The notes beneath the pieces are model-generated. The model was not told where the DNA came from, ran no database searches, and saw nothing but the letters and a program-made list of their open reading frames with translations. A DNA stretch of 50,298 nt, taken from the sequence record NC_041873.1; one strand, given 5' to 3'. Below, piece by piece: positions 17,441 to 28,900 of this stretch. The translations under genes and the position numbers were made by a program. The stretch is from Escherichia phage JMPW2. Within the stretch, counting starts at the first letter, position 1. The number at the start of each line of letters is the position of its first letter.

Positions 17441-17851
17441 ATGAATCAAGAAACTTTAATTGCAGCTGTTGAGCAAATGCGAAAGCTGGTTCCGGCACTT
17501 CGTAAGGTTCCAGACGAAACGCTTTATGCGTGGGTAGAAATGGCTGAGCTTTTTGTATGCCAGAAGACCTTTAAAGACGCATACGTCAAAGCGATCGCTC
17601 TTTATGCATTACACCTTGCTTTCCTTGATGGGGCGCTAAAAGGTGAAGATGAGGATCTGGAATCGTACTCACGCCGCGTTACGTCATTCTCACTGAGCGG
17701 TGAATTTAGCCAGACTTTCGGAGAGGTTACGAAGAACCAGTCAGGGAACATGATGCTTTCTACGCCGTGGGGTAAGATGTTCGAACAGCTTAAAGCGAGA
17801 CGCCGTGGTAGATTCGCATTAATGACAGGACTCCGTGGAGGATGCCACTAA
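17441..17851 (+). CDS. head-tail connector protein
   Basis: Position; internal ATG of track ORF 17261..17851 directly after terminator. Confidence 0.45.
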   Translation: MNQETLIAAVEQMRKLVPALRKVPDETLYAWVEMAELFVCQKTFKDAYVKAIALYALHLAFLDGALKGEDEDLESYSRRVTSFSLSGEFSQTFGEVTKNQSGNMMLSTPWGKMFEQLKARRRGRFALMTGLRGGCH

Positions 17852-18222
17852 TGAACTACTCACAGATTGAAAGAATGGCTCGCAAAGGCGTGGCTTTCTT
17901 CACCGATCCGTCAAGACCTATGAACCTGATAAAACAAGGTGAATACGGATATGATGAAAACGGATTCGAGATCCCACCGATGGAACAGGTTATTCCAATA
18001 TCCGGCGCGACGAGAAGACCGAACGCGCGTGAGATTGACGGGGAAACTATCCGCGCCTCAGATATTTTGGGGATCTTCAATAATGATCATGAAATAAACG
18101 AAGGTGACTATATAGAGATTGATGGCATTCGTCATGTTGTCGTTGATGCTCGCCCGGTTCAGGCGTCACTGGAACCAGTTGCCTATCGTCCAGTGTTGCG
18201 GAGGGTATCAGTCGGTGGCTAA
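17851..18222 (+). CDS. head-tail adaptor / head closure protein
   Basis: Position; ATG 17851 with SD ggagga. Confidence 0.45.
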   Translation: MNYSQIERMARKGVAFFTDPSRPMNLIKQGEYGYDENGFEIPPMEQVIPISGATRRPNAREIDGETIRASDILGIFNNDHEINEGDYIEIDGIRHVVVDARPVQASLEPVAYRPVLRRVSVGG

Positions 18223-18658
18223 TTATCAGATTCGTAGATTTCAAGGCGAGATTGATGCGTGGATTAAGGCAGCTGAAAGCACGTTAGAACATGCCATTGA
18301 GATATTCGTAAGGGATGTTCACGACGCTCTTGTTAGCCGCTCCCCTGTTGATACAGGTCGATTCAAGGGTAACTGGCAGATAACTTTTAACGAAATCCCT
18401 AACCACGCATTAAACCTATACGATAAAACTGGCAGTGTCGTAAGAGGTGAGGAGCAGGCCAAAACTTATGGCATGTTCAGCCGTGGCGGCGCGATAACAT
18501 CAGTTCACTTTTCAAACATGTTGATTTATGCAAACGCTCTTGAGTACGGTCATTCACAGCAAGCACCGAGCGGAGTTGTCGGTCTTGTGGCATTAAGGCT
18601 GAGATCATATATGGCTGACGCAATCAAGCAGGCAAGGAGACAGCAAAATGCACTATGA
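18215..18658 (+). CDS. tail completion-like protein
   Basis: GTG start overlapping upstream stop; track ORF 18119..18658. Confidence 0.4.
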   Translation: MANYQIRRFQGEIDAWIKAAESTLEHAIEIFVRDVHDALVSRSPVDTGRFKGNWQITFNEIPNHALNLYDKTGSVVRGEEQAKTYGMFSRGGAITSVHFSNMLIYANALEYGHSQQAPSGVVGLVALRLRSYMADAIKQARRQQNAL

Positions 18659-19046
18659 GTTATCAGCGGCGGCGCGAGCCGCTTTTCTATCAAAGTACAG
18701 AGACTTTCCTCACTACATGGAAAACAGAAATTTCACACCTCCTAAGGATGGCGGCATGTGGCTGAGGTTCAACTACATTGAGGGGGATACGCTTTATCTA
18801 TCCATTGACAGAAAGTGTAAATCTTACATCGCAATCGTTCAGATCGGCGTAGTGTTCCCTCCAGGCTCCGGCGTTGACGAAGCAAGATTGAAGGCAAAAG
18901 AGATTGCTGATTTTTTCAAAGATGGTAAAATGCTTAACGTTGGTTATATTTTCGAGGGTGCAATCGTGCATCAAATTGTTAAACATGAAAGCGGGTGGAT
19001 GATTCCGGTTCGCTTTACAGTACGAGTAGACACAAAGGAGACTTAA
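18648..19046 (+). CDS. tail terminator-like protein
   Basis: Position upstream of major tail gene. Confidence 0.4.
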   Translation: MHYELSAAARAAFLSKYRDFPHYMENRNFTPPKDGGMWLRFNYIEGDTLYLSIDRKCKSYIAIVQIGVVFPPGSGVDEARLKAKEIADFFKDGKMLNVGYIFEGAIVHQIVKHESGWMIPVRFTVRVDTKET

Positions 19047-19047
19047 T

Positions 19048-19716
19048 ATGCACTTACCAAATGGCGCGCAAATTTTCGTGGAAACCTCTCGCGGAGAAGA
19101 GATAGAGGCGACCGCTGTCACTAACGAAAAAAATCCTGTTGCTACAGTTGCATCTAAGGGCGACTTAGCAAAAGGCGATTACGTTATTGTAACTCAGTCA
19201 ACCTGGGCCAAGATGGTCAGTCGAGTGCTAATTGTTACTGACGCTCAGGAAACAAGCATCACTCTTGCTGGGATTGACACCTCTGATACTCTTGTTTTCC
19301 CGGCTGGCGGTACGATGAGCTTTGCAAAAATTACTGGCTGGACTGAGATTCCTTGCGTACAGGAGATTGGTCAGGACGGCGGCGAGCAGCAGTATTATAC
19401 TTATCAGTGCTTGTCAGACGATAAAGAACAGCAGATCCCAACGTTTAAATCTGCGATCTCGCTAACGTACACTTTCGCGCACGAATTTGATAACCCGATC
19501 TACCAGATTCTGCGCAAGCTGGATTCGTCTGGTCAGGTAACAGCGGTTCGAATGTACGTTCCGAAAGCGAGCGAAATGCGTATGTGGGCTGGCATCTTGT
19601 CGTTTAACGATATCCCATCCACGCAGGTTAACGAAATGGAAACGGTGGAACTCGCCGTATCCCTGAAAGGTGACTTTACTTTCATTTCCTCCACTCTGGC
19701 ATCGCCTGGTGCTTAA
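19048..19716 (+). CDS. major tail protein
   Basis: 222 aa gene immediately before chaperone pair and tape measure; followed by terminator. Confidence 0.6.
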   Translation: MHLPNGAQIFVETSRGEEIEATAVTNEKNPVATVASKGDLAKGDYVIVTQSTWAKMVSRVLIVTDAQETSITLAGIDTSDTLVFPAGGTMSFAKITGWTEIPCVQEIGQDGGEQQYYTYQCLSDDKEQQIPTFKSAISLTYTFAHEFDNPIYQILRKLDSSGQVTAVRMYVPKASEMRMWAGILSFNDIPSTQVNEMETVELAVSLKGDFTFISSTLASPGA

Positions 19717-19728
19717 ATCCTATCCATA

Positions 19729-19750
19729 GGGGGCTTGCGCCCCCTTGTTC
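19729..19750 (+). terminator. rho-independent terminator
   Basis: gggggc ttgc gccccc plus T-rich tail. Confidence 0.6.
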
Positions 19751-19791
19751 ATTTCTGTAAAATCATCCTATCAACTTTATTCGATTAACTT

Positions 19792-19808
19792 TTAACAAAA
19801 AGTGCTAT
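19792..19808 (-). promoter_or_regulatory. palindromic box upstream of tail chaperone gene
   Basis: ttaacaaaaagtgctat then CAACCAATCAGGAG leader. Confidence 0.5.
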
Positions 19809-19829
19809 CAACCAATCAGGAGAAACATC

Positions 19830-20147
19830 ATGGCTAAATTCAATTTCGTGTTGGGCCAACTTCCAGACTTCAAACTTCCGGTGACATTCACCATGCCAAA
19901 CGGCGAGGATGCGACTATTATTTTTACAGTACGCCACCTTTCCAGTAAAGAAGTGCAAGATATGTATGCGAAGCAGGGCGAAATGAATGATAGCGATTTC
20001 ATCACTAAGATCGCGTCAGGCTGGAATCTGGAAGAAGAATTTAACGAAGAGAATGCGCGTAAACTGGTACAGTATTATCCTTCCGCAGCATACAATCTGA
20101 CGGCAACTTACATCAAGGCGCTCGCCGGACACCGCGCAAAAAACTAA
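19830..20147 (+). CDS. tail assembly chaperone (G-like)
   Basis: Position before tape measure; ends at slippery site. Confidence 0.65.
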   Translation: MAKFNFVLGQLPDFKLPVTFTMPNGEDATIIFTVRHLSSKEVQDMYAKQGEMNDSDFITKIASGWNLEEEFNEENARKLVQYYPSAAYNLTATYIKALAGHRAKN

Positions 20148-20464
20148 AAAGGGCGGTTTATCTGTTATATCAGAAACCGCCGACAGAAGAGCAATTGCGA
20201 TCGGTTGGTCTTAGTCTTTCTGACTATGAAGGCGAGGAACCGGAAACGATAATCGGCGATGCTGAAATGGTGAAGGCGTGGAATGTTTTTACGTCAATGC
20301 TCACTCAGTGGAGAAGTTCAGGCGCTGGAGCTTATGGTCTTGACTATAATGTTTTGCCTATGTTGTTCAAAATCTATAAAATAGAAGATGAAGAACTGGC
20401 ATTGCAGGACGTTAGGATCATGGAAGCGAAAGCGCTTGAAATGATTGCTAAGCAAAACAACTAA
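19830..20464 (+). CDS. tail assembly chaperone GT-like frameshift fusion
   Basis: -1 shift at 20138..20144 joins G frame to ORF 20195..20464, which has no ATG of its own. Confidence 0.55.
20138..20144 (+). other. -1 programmed ribosomal frameshift slippery heptamer A_AAA_AAC
   Basis: AAAAAAC in X_XXY_YYZ phase 1 codon before the G stop; -1 frame open to 20464; hairpin ggcggttt...aaaccgcc 6 nt downstream. Confidence 0.6.
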
Positions 20465-20487
20465 GCCGCCGTTTGGCGGTTTTTTCG
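20464..20487 (+). terminator. rho-independent terminator
   Basis: gccgcc gttt ggcggt plus T5. Confidence 0.6.
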
Positions 20488-20502
20488 TATATAGGGGGTT
20501 AT

Positions 20503-23376
20503 ATGGTTGATAAGGTAGCAGGTCTGTCGCTTGACGTTGATGTGTCAACAGTGCAGCGCGCCGTCAAGTCACTGAAAGAGTTTTCAAAGGCCAACGACCA
20601 GGCCGCTGATTCTATGGGTTCTTTAATCAATGAGTCAGAGGTTGCAAAACAGAAGGCCAAAGAACACGCTGAACAACTCAGGCGTCAGAGAAAAGAGTAT
20701 GAGGCCGTGGAGAAGGCAATCGATCCTACAGTATCAAAAATGGAAAGGTTGAAGATTGCATCTCAGCAGCTTGATAAACTCTGGCAGCAGGGAGTCGTTC
20801 CAGATGAGACATTTTTCCGTTTGGGTGAAATGCTGGATCTGCAAAACGCAAAACTTGCTCTCAGCCGGGCTATGCTTACGGAAGAAGGTCAGGCGGCATT
20901 GCAGGAAGCGAAAGCAAAAGAGCAGGCGGCAGCACGAAGCAAGGCGTTCATGGATGCCCTGAATGGTCAAGTTAACGCGATCGGCAAGACTCATGCTGAA
21001 TTGATGGAACTGAAAGCGGCTGAGCTTGGTTTATCGAAAGAAGCAGCACCACTAATCGCAAAACTTAAAGATCAAGGCCGGGCTATGAATGCAGCAGGTA
21101 TTAGCGCCGGGGAATACAGGCAGGCAATGCGAATGCTTCCTGCACAGATTACCGACGTCGTTACATCTCTTGCATCCGGCATGCCAGTTTGGATGGTTGC
21201 CATCCAGCAAGGCGGTCAAATCAAGGACTCGTTCGGCGGGATCAGTAATACGTTTAAAGTGTTGCTGAGTTATATTAATCCAGTCACAGCAGGGGTTGGC
21301 GTTCTCGTTGGCTCGTTAGGTCTTCTGGCGAAAGCTGGTTATGACTCTTACAAGTCAATAACTGATATTCAGAATGCGCTTATTGAGACTGGCGGTTATG
21401 CAGGTGTTACGGCTGAAGAGCTTGATTCAGTGTCTAAAAAGATCGCACAGACAAGCAACTCAACCATTGGGAGTATTCGCGATATTGTAACGGAGTTGGC
21501 GAGTTCTGGTAAGTACACCCGCGAGCAGATCCAGAACATCACTAAGGCTACCGCAGAGTGGTCAGCGTCAACAGGAAAATCAGCAAGCCAAATTATTTCT
21601 GAGTTCGACAAAATCGCAAGCGATCCGGTAAAAGGCCTGAAGAAGTTAAACGAGCAATATAATTTCCTTGAAAAAGGGCAACTTACCTATATCGATACAT
21701 TAAGCCGGACGAAAGGAGAAACTGAGGCAGTATCAGAGGCTACCAAACTATTCGCAGACGTAATGGAAAAGCGAATGAAGTCGATCGCGGATAACGCTAC
21801 TCCTCTGGAAAAGATGTGGAGCGATATTAAACAATGGGCTTCGGACGCGTGGGGATGGGTTGGTGATCATACACTCGGGGCGCTAAACCTGATTGTCGAC
21901 GTTGTTCAGGGTACAGTGATTCAGGTTAAAATGATTCTTGCGAAGGGTGATGAGTACATCTCAAACTTTATCGCCTCAGCCATAAAGGCAACTCAGTCAC
22001 TACCTGGAATGAGTGATTTCGGCGCTGATGTGCTGAAGGAGCAGGAGAACATCGTAAAAAGTTCTCGCGACAACTACGACCAGTTGGCTTCAGAGCTTGA
22101 TGCTATTAACGCTCGCGTAGAAAAAGGCGAGATGGGATACGTTGAAGCGATGAAGCAGCGTCGAACTCTTGAAAAGCAGTACAGTGAGGAAACTAGGGAG
22201 GCAATAAGGAAAGAAGCAGAAGAGATCGAGAAGCGAAACCGAGAAAGAAATAAGCAGTCGAAAATTGTACGCTCACCGACAGAGCAATTCGACAAGGAGT
22301 TAATTTCACTCAAGGCTCAACTTAAGGTATTGCAGGAGCATAAGGAGATCGGTCAAAAACTTTCCGCGCAGAGAAAGGCGCTGTTTACTACCGAGGCTAC
22401 GATTGCTGTTCTTCGTGAAGCCAGCTCTAAGCGTCAGTTGTCTGCGGAAGAAAAAGCGTTGCTGGCAAGTCAGGAGAGAGTTATTGAGCTTGCGAAACAG
22501 AAGGCCGAGATTGGCGATCAGATTGTTAAGCAACAACAGTTGAATGATCTTACCGATAAATCTCTGAAGTTTGTCAATGAGATGACGGCAGCTACAGAAC
22601 AGCTAAACGCGTCTCGAGGGATGAGCACCCGAGAAATGGAAAGGCAAGCTGAGTTGGCTAAGATCACTACTGATTATATTAATGCAGGTGGCAGCGAAGG
22701 AGATGAAAAACTCCAGAACATGATCAAGGCACAAAATGATTACTATGCTGCGGAAGATGCCAAGCGTTCTGACTGGTTAGCAGGTGCTGAAAGTGCATTT
22801 GCAGATTACGGCGATTCTGCAATGGATATGTACGGCAATGTGTATGATATCGCGTCAAGTTCACTTAACGGAATGAGTGACATGATGACCCAATTCCTGA
22901 CTACAGGTAAGGCAAATTTTGAGGACTTTGCGAAAAACATCATTAGCATGATTATCAAGATGATTGCTCAAATGGTAATCTTCAATACGATCTCAGGCAT
23001 GATGGGCGGTAAGACGTGGAGCTTTGCTGGAGGGGTGTCGCCTGGTGCTTCTGCGGTATCACAGGCAACTCCTACGCCTGCCGTCTCTGGTTTTAGGTCT
23101 TTATCTTCAGGCGTCGCTGTTACCTCGCTTGCTGCCGCTGCGGGTAGTGTTGCAACATCTGGATTTAACGCATCTAAATCCGCACCGAAGGCAGTGAACC
23201 AATCAGCAGGCGGGACGGTCGTTGATGTTAGGGGTATGGAGGTTAAAGTTGACAACGGTTCAGATCCGAGAGGAATTTCTCAGGGCGTAGAAATGATGTT
23301 CAAAAAAATGATTCGAGAGTCTTGTTCACAGGGCGGAGAGGTTTACAATTACATTCAGGAAAAAACAGGAGGCTAA
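20503..23376 (+). CDS. tail tape measure protein
   Basis: 957 aa, coiled-coil rich, hydrophobic segment near C-terminus, directly after chaperones. Confidence 0.85.
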   Translation: MVDKVAGLSLDVDVSTVQRAVKSLKEFSKANDQAADSMGSLINESEVAKQKAKEHAEQLRRQRKEYEAVEKAIDPTVSKMERLKIASQQLDKLWQQGVVPDETFFRLGEMLDLQNAKLALSRAMLTEEGQAALQEAKAKEQAAARSKAFMDALNGQVNAIGKTHAELMELKAAELGLSKEAAPLIAKLKDQGRAMNAAGISAGEYRQAMRMLPAQITDVVTSLASGMPVWMVAIQQGGQIKDSFGGISNTFKVLLSYINPVTAGVGVLVGSLGLLAKAGYDSYKSITDIQNALIETGGYAGVTAEELDSVSKKIAQTSNSTIGSIRDIVTELASSGKYTREQIQNITKATAEWSASTGKSASQIISEFDKIASDPVKGLKKLNEQYNFLEKGQLTYIDTLSRTKGETEAVSEATKLFADVMEKRMKSIADNATPLEKMWSDIKQWASDAWGWVGDHTLGALNLIVDVVQGTVIQVKMILAKGDEYISNFIASAIKATQSLPGMSDFGADVLKEQENIVKSSRDNYDQLASELDAINARVEKGEMGYVEAMKQRRTLEKQYSEETREAIRKEAEEIEKRNRERNKQSKIVRSPTEQFDKELISLKAQLKVLQEHKEIGQKLSAQRKALFTTEATIAVLREASSKRQLSAEEKALLASQERVIELAKQKAEIGDQIVKQQQLNDLTDKSLKFVNEMTAATEQLNASRGMSTREMERQAELAKITTDYINAGGSEGDEKLQNMIKAQNDYYAAEDAKRSDWLAGAESAFADYGDSAMDMYGNVYDIASSSLNGMSDMMTQFLTTGKANFEDFAKNIISMIIKMIAQMVIFNTISGMMGGKTWSFAGGVSPGASAVSQATPTPAVSGFRSLSSGVAVTSLAAAAGSVATSGFNASKSAPKAVNQSAGGTVVDVRGMEVKVDNGSDPRGISQGVEMMFKKMIRESCSQGGEVYNYIQEKTGG

Positions 23377-23378
23377 TA

Positions 23379-23732
23379 ATGGCGACACTTGACACTTTCA
23401 GTTGGTGTACGCAGGTTCAAGGGGGCGGCGGCTCCCTTACCACTACCAACAATGACAGATCCATACAGTTTGGAAACGGCCACATGCAGCTTGCATCTTC
23501 TGGATTTAACACCACGCGACGCGAGTATTCAGTTGTCTATGCTGGGGAAGATTTCATGGCTGTTTACGACTTCTGTGATTCTCACCGCATTAAACCTTTC
23601 GCATGGACGCCGCCGGACGGGAAGATCGGAATATGGGTTGTTAAGCCTAACAGCCTGGGCGCGAAGCCAGTATCACGCGACGTGATGGAAATTAATGTCA
23701 CGTTTATGGAGCAGTTTACATCTATGGAATAG
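23379..23732 (+). CDS. minor tail protein M-like
   Basis: Size and position match the lambda-type M/L/K/I/J order. Confidence 0.65.
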   Translation: MATLDTFSWCTQVQGGGGSLTTTNNDRSIQFGNGHMQLASSGFNTTRREYSVVYAGEDFMAVYDFCDSHRIKPFAWTPPDGKIGIWVVKPNSLGAKPVSRDVMEINVTFMEQFTSME

Positions 23733-23748
23733 CACTTCATGACAAAAG
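23728..23748 (+). promoter_or_regulatory. half-box (TAGCAC only)
   Basis: aatagcacttcatgacaaaag. Confidence 0.3.
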
Positions 23749-23770
23749 CCCGCCTTGCGCGGGTTTTTTT
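23748..23770 (+). terminator. rho-independent terminator (copy 1 of identical pair)
   Basis: cccgccttgcgcggg plus T7; identical hairpin at 25928. Confidence 0.65.
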
Positions 23771-23811
23771 GTAGCTGTAGAATGGTTGCAACTAAACAAG
23801 AGGAAAAGACA

Positions 23812-24594
23812 ATGAGCGAAAACAAAAAACTTTATGATGAAGAAAGCGGGAAGAGCCTGTTTCACAACTGCCTTCAATCACTATACCCTGGAGAGATAAT
23901 CACTCTGATTGAAGTTGATGGCAGCAAGTTCGGCGCTCAGGTGTACCGTTTCCACGGGGAAAATATCCAGTACACTCCAGAAGAAATCATGCAGGCACAG
24001 CAAACCGGAACGCTACCGCCGAAAGAAATCACCTTCCGTGGCGAGCAATACGGCGCGCGACCTTTCGGTATATCCGGGATCTCGTTCGACAGTTCCGGCA
24101 AGGCCACAAAGCCACAATTAACGGTGGCAAACATCGATAGTCGCGTATCTGCGATGATTCGTGCATATAACGGACTAATGCAAGCTAAGGTGACTATCTG
24201 GATCACTCAAAAGGACTTAATTCAACCTAACGGCTCAATCGCTGACGGAGCTTACCGAAAACTGGTATACTATATCGAACGCCCGAGCTATGTCGATAAG
24301 AGTGTCGCCAGGTTCGATCTAACGTCTCCTTATGATATGGATGGAATCATGATACCGTCACGACTAACTCAAAGCGTTTGCTATTGGGCGCAGAGGGGAT
24401 GGTATAAAACCGGGAAGGGGTGCGGATACAACGGGCAAAATGGTTACTTCGATAAAGACAATAATCCGGTAGACGATCCTTCGCTGGATTTTTGCCCGGG
24501 AACGGTAACGGCCTGCCGCCTGAGATTCGGCGCAAACAATGAATTGGATTTTGGCGGTTGCGCAGTCGCTTCACTACAGAGGAAAAATCAATGA
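23812..24594 (+). CDS. minor tail protein L-like
   Basis: Position and size in lambda-type order. Confidence 0.7.
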   Translation: MSENKKLYDEESGKSLFHNCLQSLYPGEIITLIEVDGSKFGAQVYRFHGENIQYTPEEIMQAQQTGTLPPKEITFRGEQYGARPFGISGISFDSSGKATKPQLTVANIDSRVSAMIRAYNGLMQAKVTIWITQKDLIQPNGSIADGAYRKLVYYIERPSYVDKSVARFDLTSPYDMDGIMIPSRLTQSVCYWAQRGWYKTGKGCGYNGQNGYFDKDNNPVDDPSLDFCPGTVTACRLRFGANNELDFGGCAVASLQRKNQ

Positions 24595-25325
24595 TTAGTG
24601 CAAAAATTAAACTTGAAATTATGACTCACGCTCAAGAAGAATATCCTCGCGAATGCTGTGGGGTAGTCACCCAAAAGGGCCGCGTACAAAAATACCATCG
24701 CGTTGATAATGTACACCGCGATCCCGAGAATCATTTCATGATGGATGCTGTACAATACGCTTGCATTGAGGACGATGCGGAATCAACAACAATAGCAATT
24801 GTTCACAGCCACACAGGAGACGGGGCTACAACTCTACCAAGCGCTCACGATACGTGCATGTGCAACGAGATGGAAGTTACCTGGATTATTGTTAGCGTGC
24901 CGGAAGGGGATATGCGATTTGTGAAGCCGGAGAAATTGCCTCTGATTGGTCGTCCGTGGTCATTAGGATCATTCGACTGTTACGGTCTTGTTATGGCGTG
25001 GCACAAAGAGCACGGCGTAGAATTGCGCGATCGCCGATTGAATTTTGAATGGTGGAAACCTGAGTACGGAATTAATCTCTATCAGGATTATTACAAGCAG
25101 GATGGCTTCGTTGAGATTCCAGATCAGAATAATCCGTCATTCGGTGATATGGTAATCATGCAGATAGGGCAAAACGTTCCGGTATGGAACCATGCAGGGA
25201 TTTACCTGGGAGATAATCAGATCTTGCATCATGCCTTCGGCAAGCTATCTCGTCGTGATATTTATTCCGGATGGTATCAGGATCATACTGTTTTAATCGT
25301 TCGCCATAAGGATCTTAAATTATGA
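24591..25325 (+). CDS. tail assembly protein K-like (JAMM/MPN plus NlpC/P60)
   Basis: JAMM-like HSHTGDGATTLPSAHD and downstream Cys/His peptidase-like region. Confidence 0.75.
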   Translation: MISAKIKLEIMTHAQEEYPRECCGVVTQKGRVQKYHRVDNVHRDPENHFMMDAVQYACIEDDAESTTIAIVHSHTGDGATTLPSAHDTCMCNEMEVTWIIVSVPEGDMRFVKPEKLPLIGRPWSLGSFDCYGLVMAWHKEHGVELRDRRLNFEWWKPEYGINLYQDYYKQDGFVEIPDQNNPSFGDMVIMQIGQNVPVWNHAGIYLGDNQILHHAFGKLSRRDIYSGWYQDHTVLIVRHKDLKL

Positions 25326-25921
25326 ATGATGTAAAAGTAATTAAATTGTCAGGTTCACTTGGGAGACGCTTCGGCGTCTTTCACCGTTACGCTGTTGACT
25401 CTTACCCGGAAGCCATACGGGCGCTATCCAGTCAGGTGGACGGATTTAAAGAATACATGCAAAGCGAGGTAGGATCTCGTAGCAAGTTTTCAATATTTGT
25501 GGATGGCGTTAACGTGGGACACCATGAAGAGGAAAAATTCAAGTGCGCGAAAGAGATAAGAATCGTACCGATCCCTACTGGCTCTAAGACAGGAGGTCTA
25601 TTTCAGGTTGTATTGGGCGCGGCAATAATGGTTGCAGCATTCTATACTGGCGGCGCGTCTCTGGCTTTAATGGGCACAATGTCCTCTTCTCTGTTTATGA
25701 TGGGCGGCGCTATGGTGCTGGGCGGCGTGATGCAGATGATTTCACCGCAGCCGGGTGGCGCAAACTTTGAAGTTCAATCAAGCAAGAATAAACCTTCGTA
25801 CGCGTTCGGCGGTGCTGTCAATACGACGGCGGCGGGATACCCTCTCCCGGTCCCGTATGGATATCGCGCCGGAGGTGGCGCAACTTTCTCAGCAGGTTCT
25901 TATGCCGAGGATATGAGTTAA
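25322..25921 (+). CDS. tail assembly protein I-like
   Basis: Position; Gly/Ala-rich hydrophobic C-terminal half. Confidence 0.65.
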   Translation: MNDVKVIKLSGSLGRRFGVFHRYAVDSYPEAIRALSSQVDGFKEYMQSEVGSRSKFSIFVDGVNVGHHEEEKFKCAKEIRIVPIPTGSKTGGLFQVVLGAAIMVAAFYTGGASLALMGTMSSSLFMMGGAMVLGGVMQMISPQPGGANFEVQSSKNKPSYAFGGAVNTTAAGYPLPVPYGYRAGGGATFSAGSYAEDMS

Positions 25922-25926
25922 AATTA

Positions 25927-25951
25927 ACCCGCCTTGCGCGGGTTTTTTTTC
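25927..25951 (+). terminator. rho-independent terminator (copy 2 of identical pair)
   Basis: cccgccttgcgcggg plus T8, then TGtATAAT extended -10-like. Confidence 0.65.
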
Positions 25952-25975
25952 GCCTGTATAATGAGTCCACTGATA

Positions 25976-25995
25976 AATAGCACAAAAAGGTAAAC
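25976..25995 (+). promoter_or_regulatory. half-box (TAGCAC only) upstream of J
   Basis: aatagcacaaaaaggtaaac. Confidence 0.3.
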
Positions 25996-25998
25996 ATC

Positions 25999-28900
25999 AT
26001 GATTCAAAAAGTGATAAGCGGATCTAAAGGTGGGTCACAGAAGCCTCATAACCCAGTTGAGATGGAGGACAATCTAATCTCAATCAACAAAATCAAGATC
26101 CTGTTAGCTGTATCTGATGGTGAAATTGACGAAACATTCAGCCTAAAGCAGTTGATGTTTAACTCAGTTCCGGTGCAAAACGAGGATGGATCATTCAACT
26201 TCGAAGGGGTAAGGGCTGAGTTCAGGCCGGGAACTCAGACGCAGGAATACATCAAGGGCATGGAAGATAGCTCAAGTGAGGTAACTGTAAATCGTGAGGT
26301 TACTACCGATAACCCATACACGATCTCAGTAACCAATAAAACACTATCGGCAATACGCATCAAAATGTTTATGCCTCGAGGTGTACGAATTGAAAGCAAT
26401 GGTGATAAAAACGGCGTTCGAGTTGAGTACGAGGTGCAGCAAGCGGTTGATGGCGGTTCGTTTGAGACTGTTCTTACTGACGTAATCGAAGGTAAAACAA
26501 TGTCAGGTTATGATCGAAGCCGTCGCGTAAACCTGCCTAACTTCAACAATCAGGTAATATTCAGAGTTGTTCGAAAGACGCCTGATTCCAATGACTCGAA
26601 TGTCGTTGATGCAATCCAGGTAAGAAGCTATGCCGAGGTCATTGATGCCAAATTCCGATATCCTCTGACTGGTCTTCTTTTCGTAGAGTTCGATTCGAAG
26701 ATGTTCCCAAACCAGTTACCTACGATCTCAATTCGTAAGCGCTGGAAGATTGTAAGCGTTCCGTCGAACTACGACCCAGAATCGCGAACATACAACGGCA
26801 ATTGGGATGGCACTTTCAAAAAAGCATGGACGAACAATCCGGCGTGGGTTCTTTATGACCTGATGATTAATCAGCGTTACGGCTTGGATCAGAAAGAGCT
26901 TGGTATCGCTGTCGATAAATGGGCGCTCTACGAGGCTGCGCAATATTGCGATCAGATGGTTCCTGATGGGAAGGGCGGGACGGAACCTCGATACCTTTGC
27001 GACGTGATAATCCAGTCTCAGACTGACGCTTACAAGGTTATTCGAGATATTTGCTCAATCTTTCGAGGTATGAGCTTTTGGAATGGCGAAAGCATTTCGG
27101 TAATCATCGATAGGCCGCGTGAGCCTGCGTACATCTTCACTAACGACAACGTGGTTAATGGTGACTTCTCCTACACGTTTGCAAGCGAAAAGAGCATGTA
27201 CACGACGTGTAATGTGATGTTTGACGACGAGCAAAACATGTATCAGCAGGACGTTGAGCCAGTATTCGATCGTGAGGCTACTCTACGGTTCGGGAACAAC
27301 GTAACGAGCATTACAGCGATCGGCTGCACACGTCGAAGCGAGGCCAACCGACGCGGGAGATGGATTCTGAAAACTAACCTCCGCAGCACTACGGTAAACT
27401 TCGCTACCGGACTTGAGGGTATGATTCCGACAATCGGAGATGTTGTGGCAATAGCTGATAACTTCTGGTCAAGTAACTTGACGATGAACCTATCAGGGCG
27501 CTTGCTCGAAGTATCCGGTAGTCAGATTTTCTTGCCGCTCCGGGTGGATGCACGCGCGGGTGACTTTATTATCGTAAATAAGCCAGATGGCAAGCCCGTG
27601 AAGCGCACAATATCAAGTGTTAGTGCGGATGGTAAGACTATAGAGGTTAACATTGGCTTTGGCTTTCCTGTGAAGCCTAACACGGTATTCGCTATCGACC
27701 GCACCGACATTGCGTTACAGCAGTACGTCGTGACAAAAATCGATAAGGGCGATGATGATGAGGAATTTACCTACAAAATAACGGCGGTGGAGTACGATCC
27801 TAACAAGTACGATGAGATTGATTACGGAGTTAATATCGACGACCGACCGACGAGCATCGTTGAACCAGATCAGATCCCTAGACCGGAAAACGTGCAAGTG
27901 TCCTCAGAGTCACGAATCGTCCAGGGGATGAGCGTAGAAACGATGATTGTTAGCTGGGATAAAGTGCCGTACGCAGTTTTCTATGACGTCCAGTGGCGAA
28001 AGGATAACGGCAACTGGCAAAATGTACCGCAGACAGCAAACAAAGAGGTATACGTTGAAGGTATTTACGCTGGCAACTATCAGGTTCGCGTTCGCTCCGT
28101 CGCTGGTTCTGGTACAACTTCCGGCTGGTCAAATATCGTCGCAGCGACGTTGACAGGCAAGCAAGGAGAGCCAGGGAGGCCGATTAACCTTACAGCTACA
28201 GATGATGTTGTTTTTGGTATCCGTACAAAATGGGGGTTCTCTGATGGTTCTGGAGATACGGCCTATACAGAGTTGCAACAGTCACCAGATGGAACAGTGG
28301 ATAACGCAAGTTTGCTTTCTTTGATTCCGTACCCGCAGCATGAGTATTATCACTCACCGATGCCTGGAGGGAATATTGTGTGGTATCGGGTAAGGACGGT
28401 TGATAGGATCGGTAACGTGTCTCAGTGGACTGATTTTGTCAGAGGTATGGCATCAACAAACGTTGACGATATCATTGGGGAGATTTCTGTCGATATCGAA
28501 AACTCGCCGGGTTACGAGTGGCTTGTTGATAACGCAACCGACAACGCGGCGCAGAACGCAGCGAACGCAGAGGCAGCAATTGAGAACGCTCTAGCTAATG
28601 ACAAAGACGCGATCTACATGAAGAAGGAGAACGGAAAACGAAAAGCAGAGTACACCAAATCACTGCAACTTATTGCTGATGAGACTCAGGCGCGAGTAAC
28701 AGCAGTTGAGCAGTTAAGGGCAAGTTTTGGTGATCAGATTAGTGCAAGCAATAGCGAATTGCGTGAAGTTATCGCAACTGAGACTGGAGCGCTATCGCGT
28801 GAAATTGACCAACTCAGGGCAGAGATTGGTGATGATATTCAGGCAAGTTTGACTGATATCAGAGAGGCTATAGCAAACGAGACTGAGGCGAGAACGCAAG

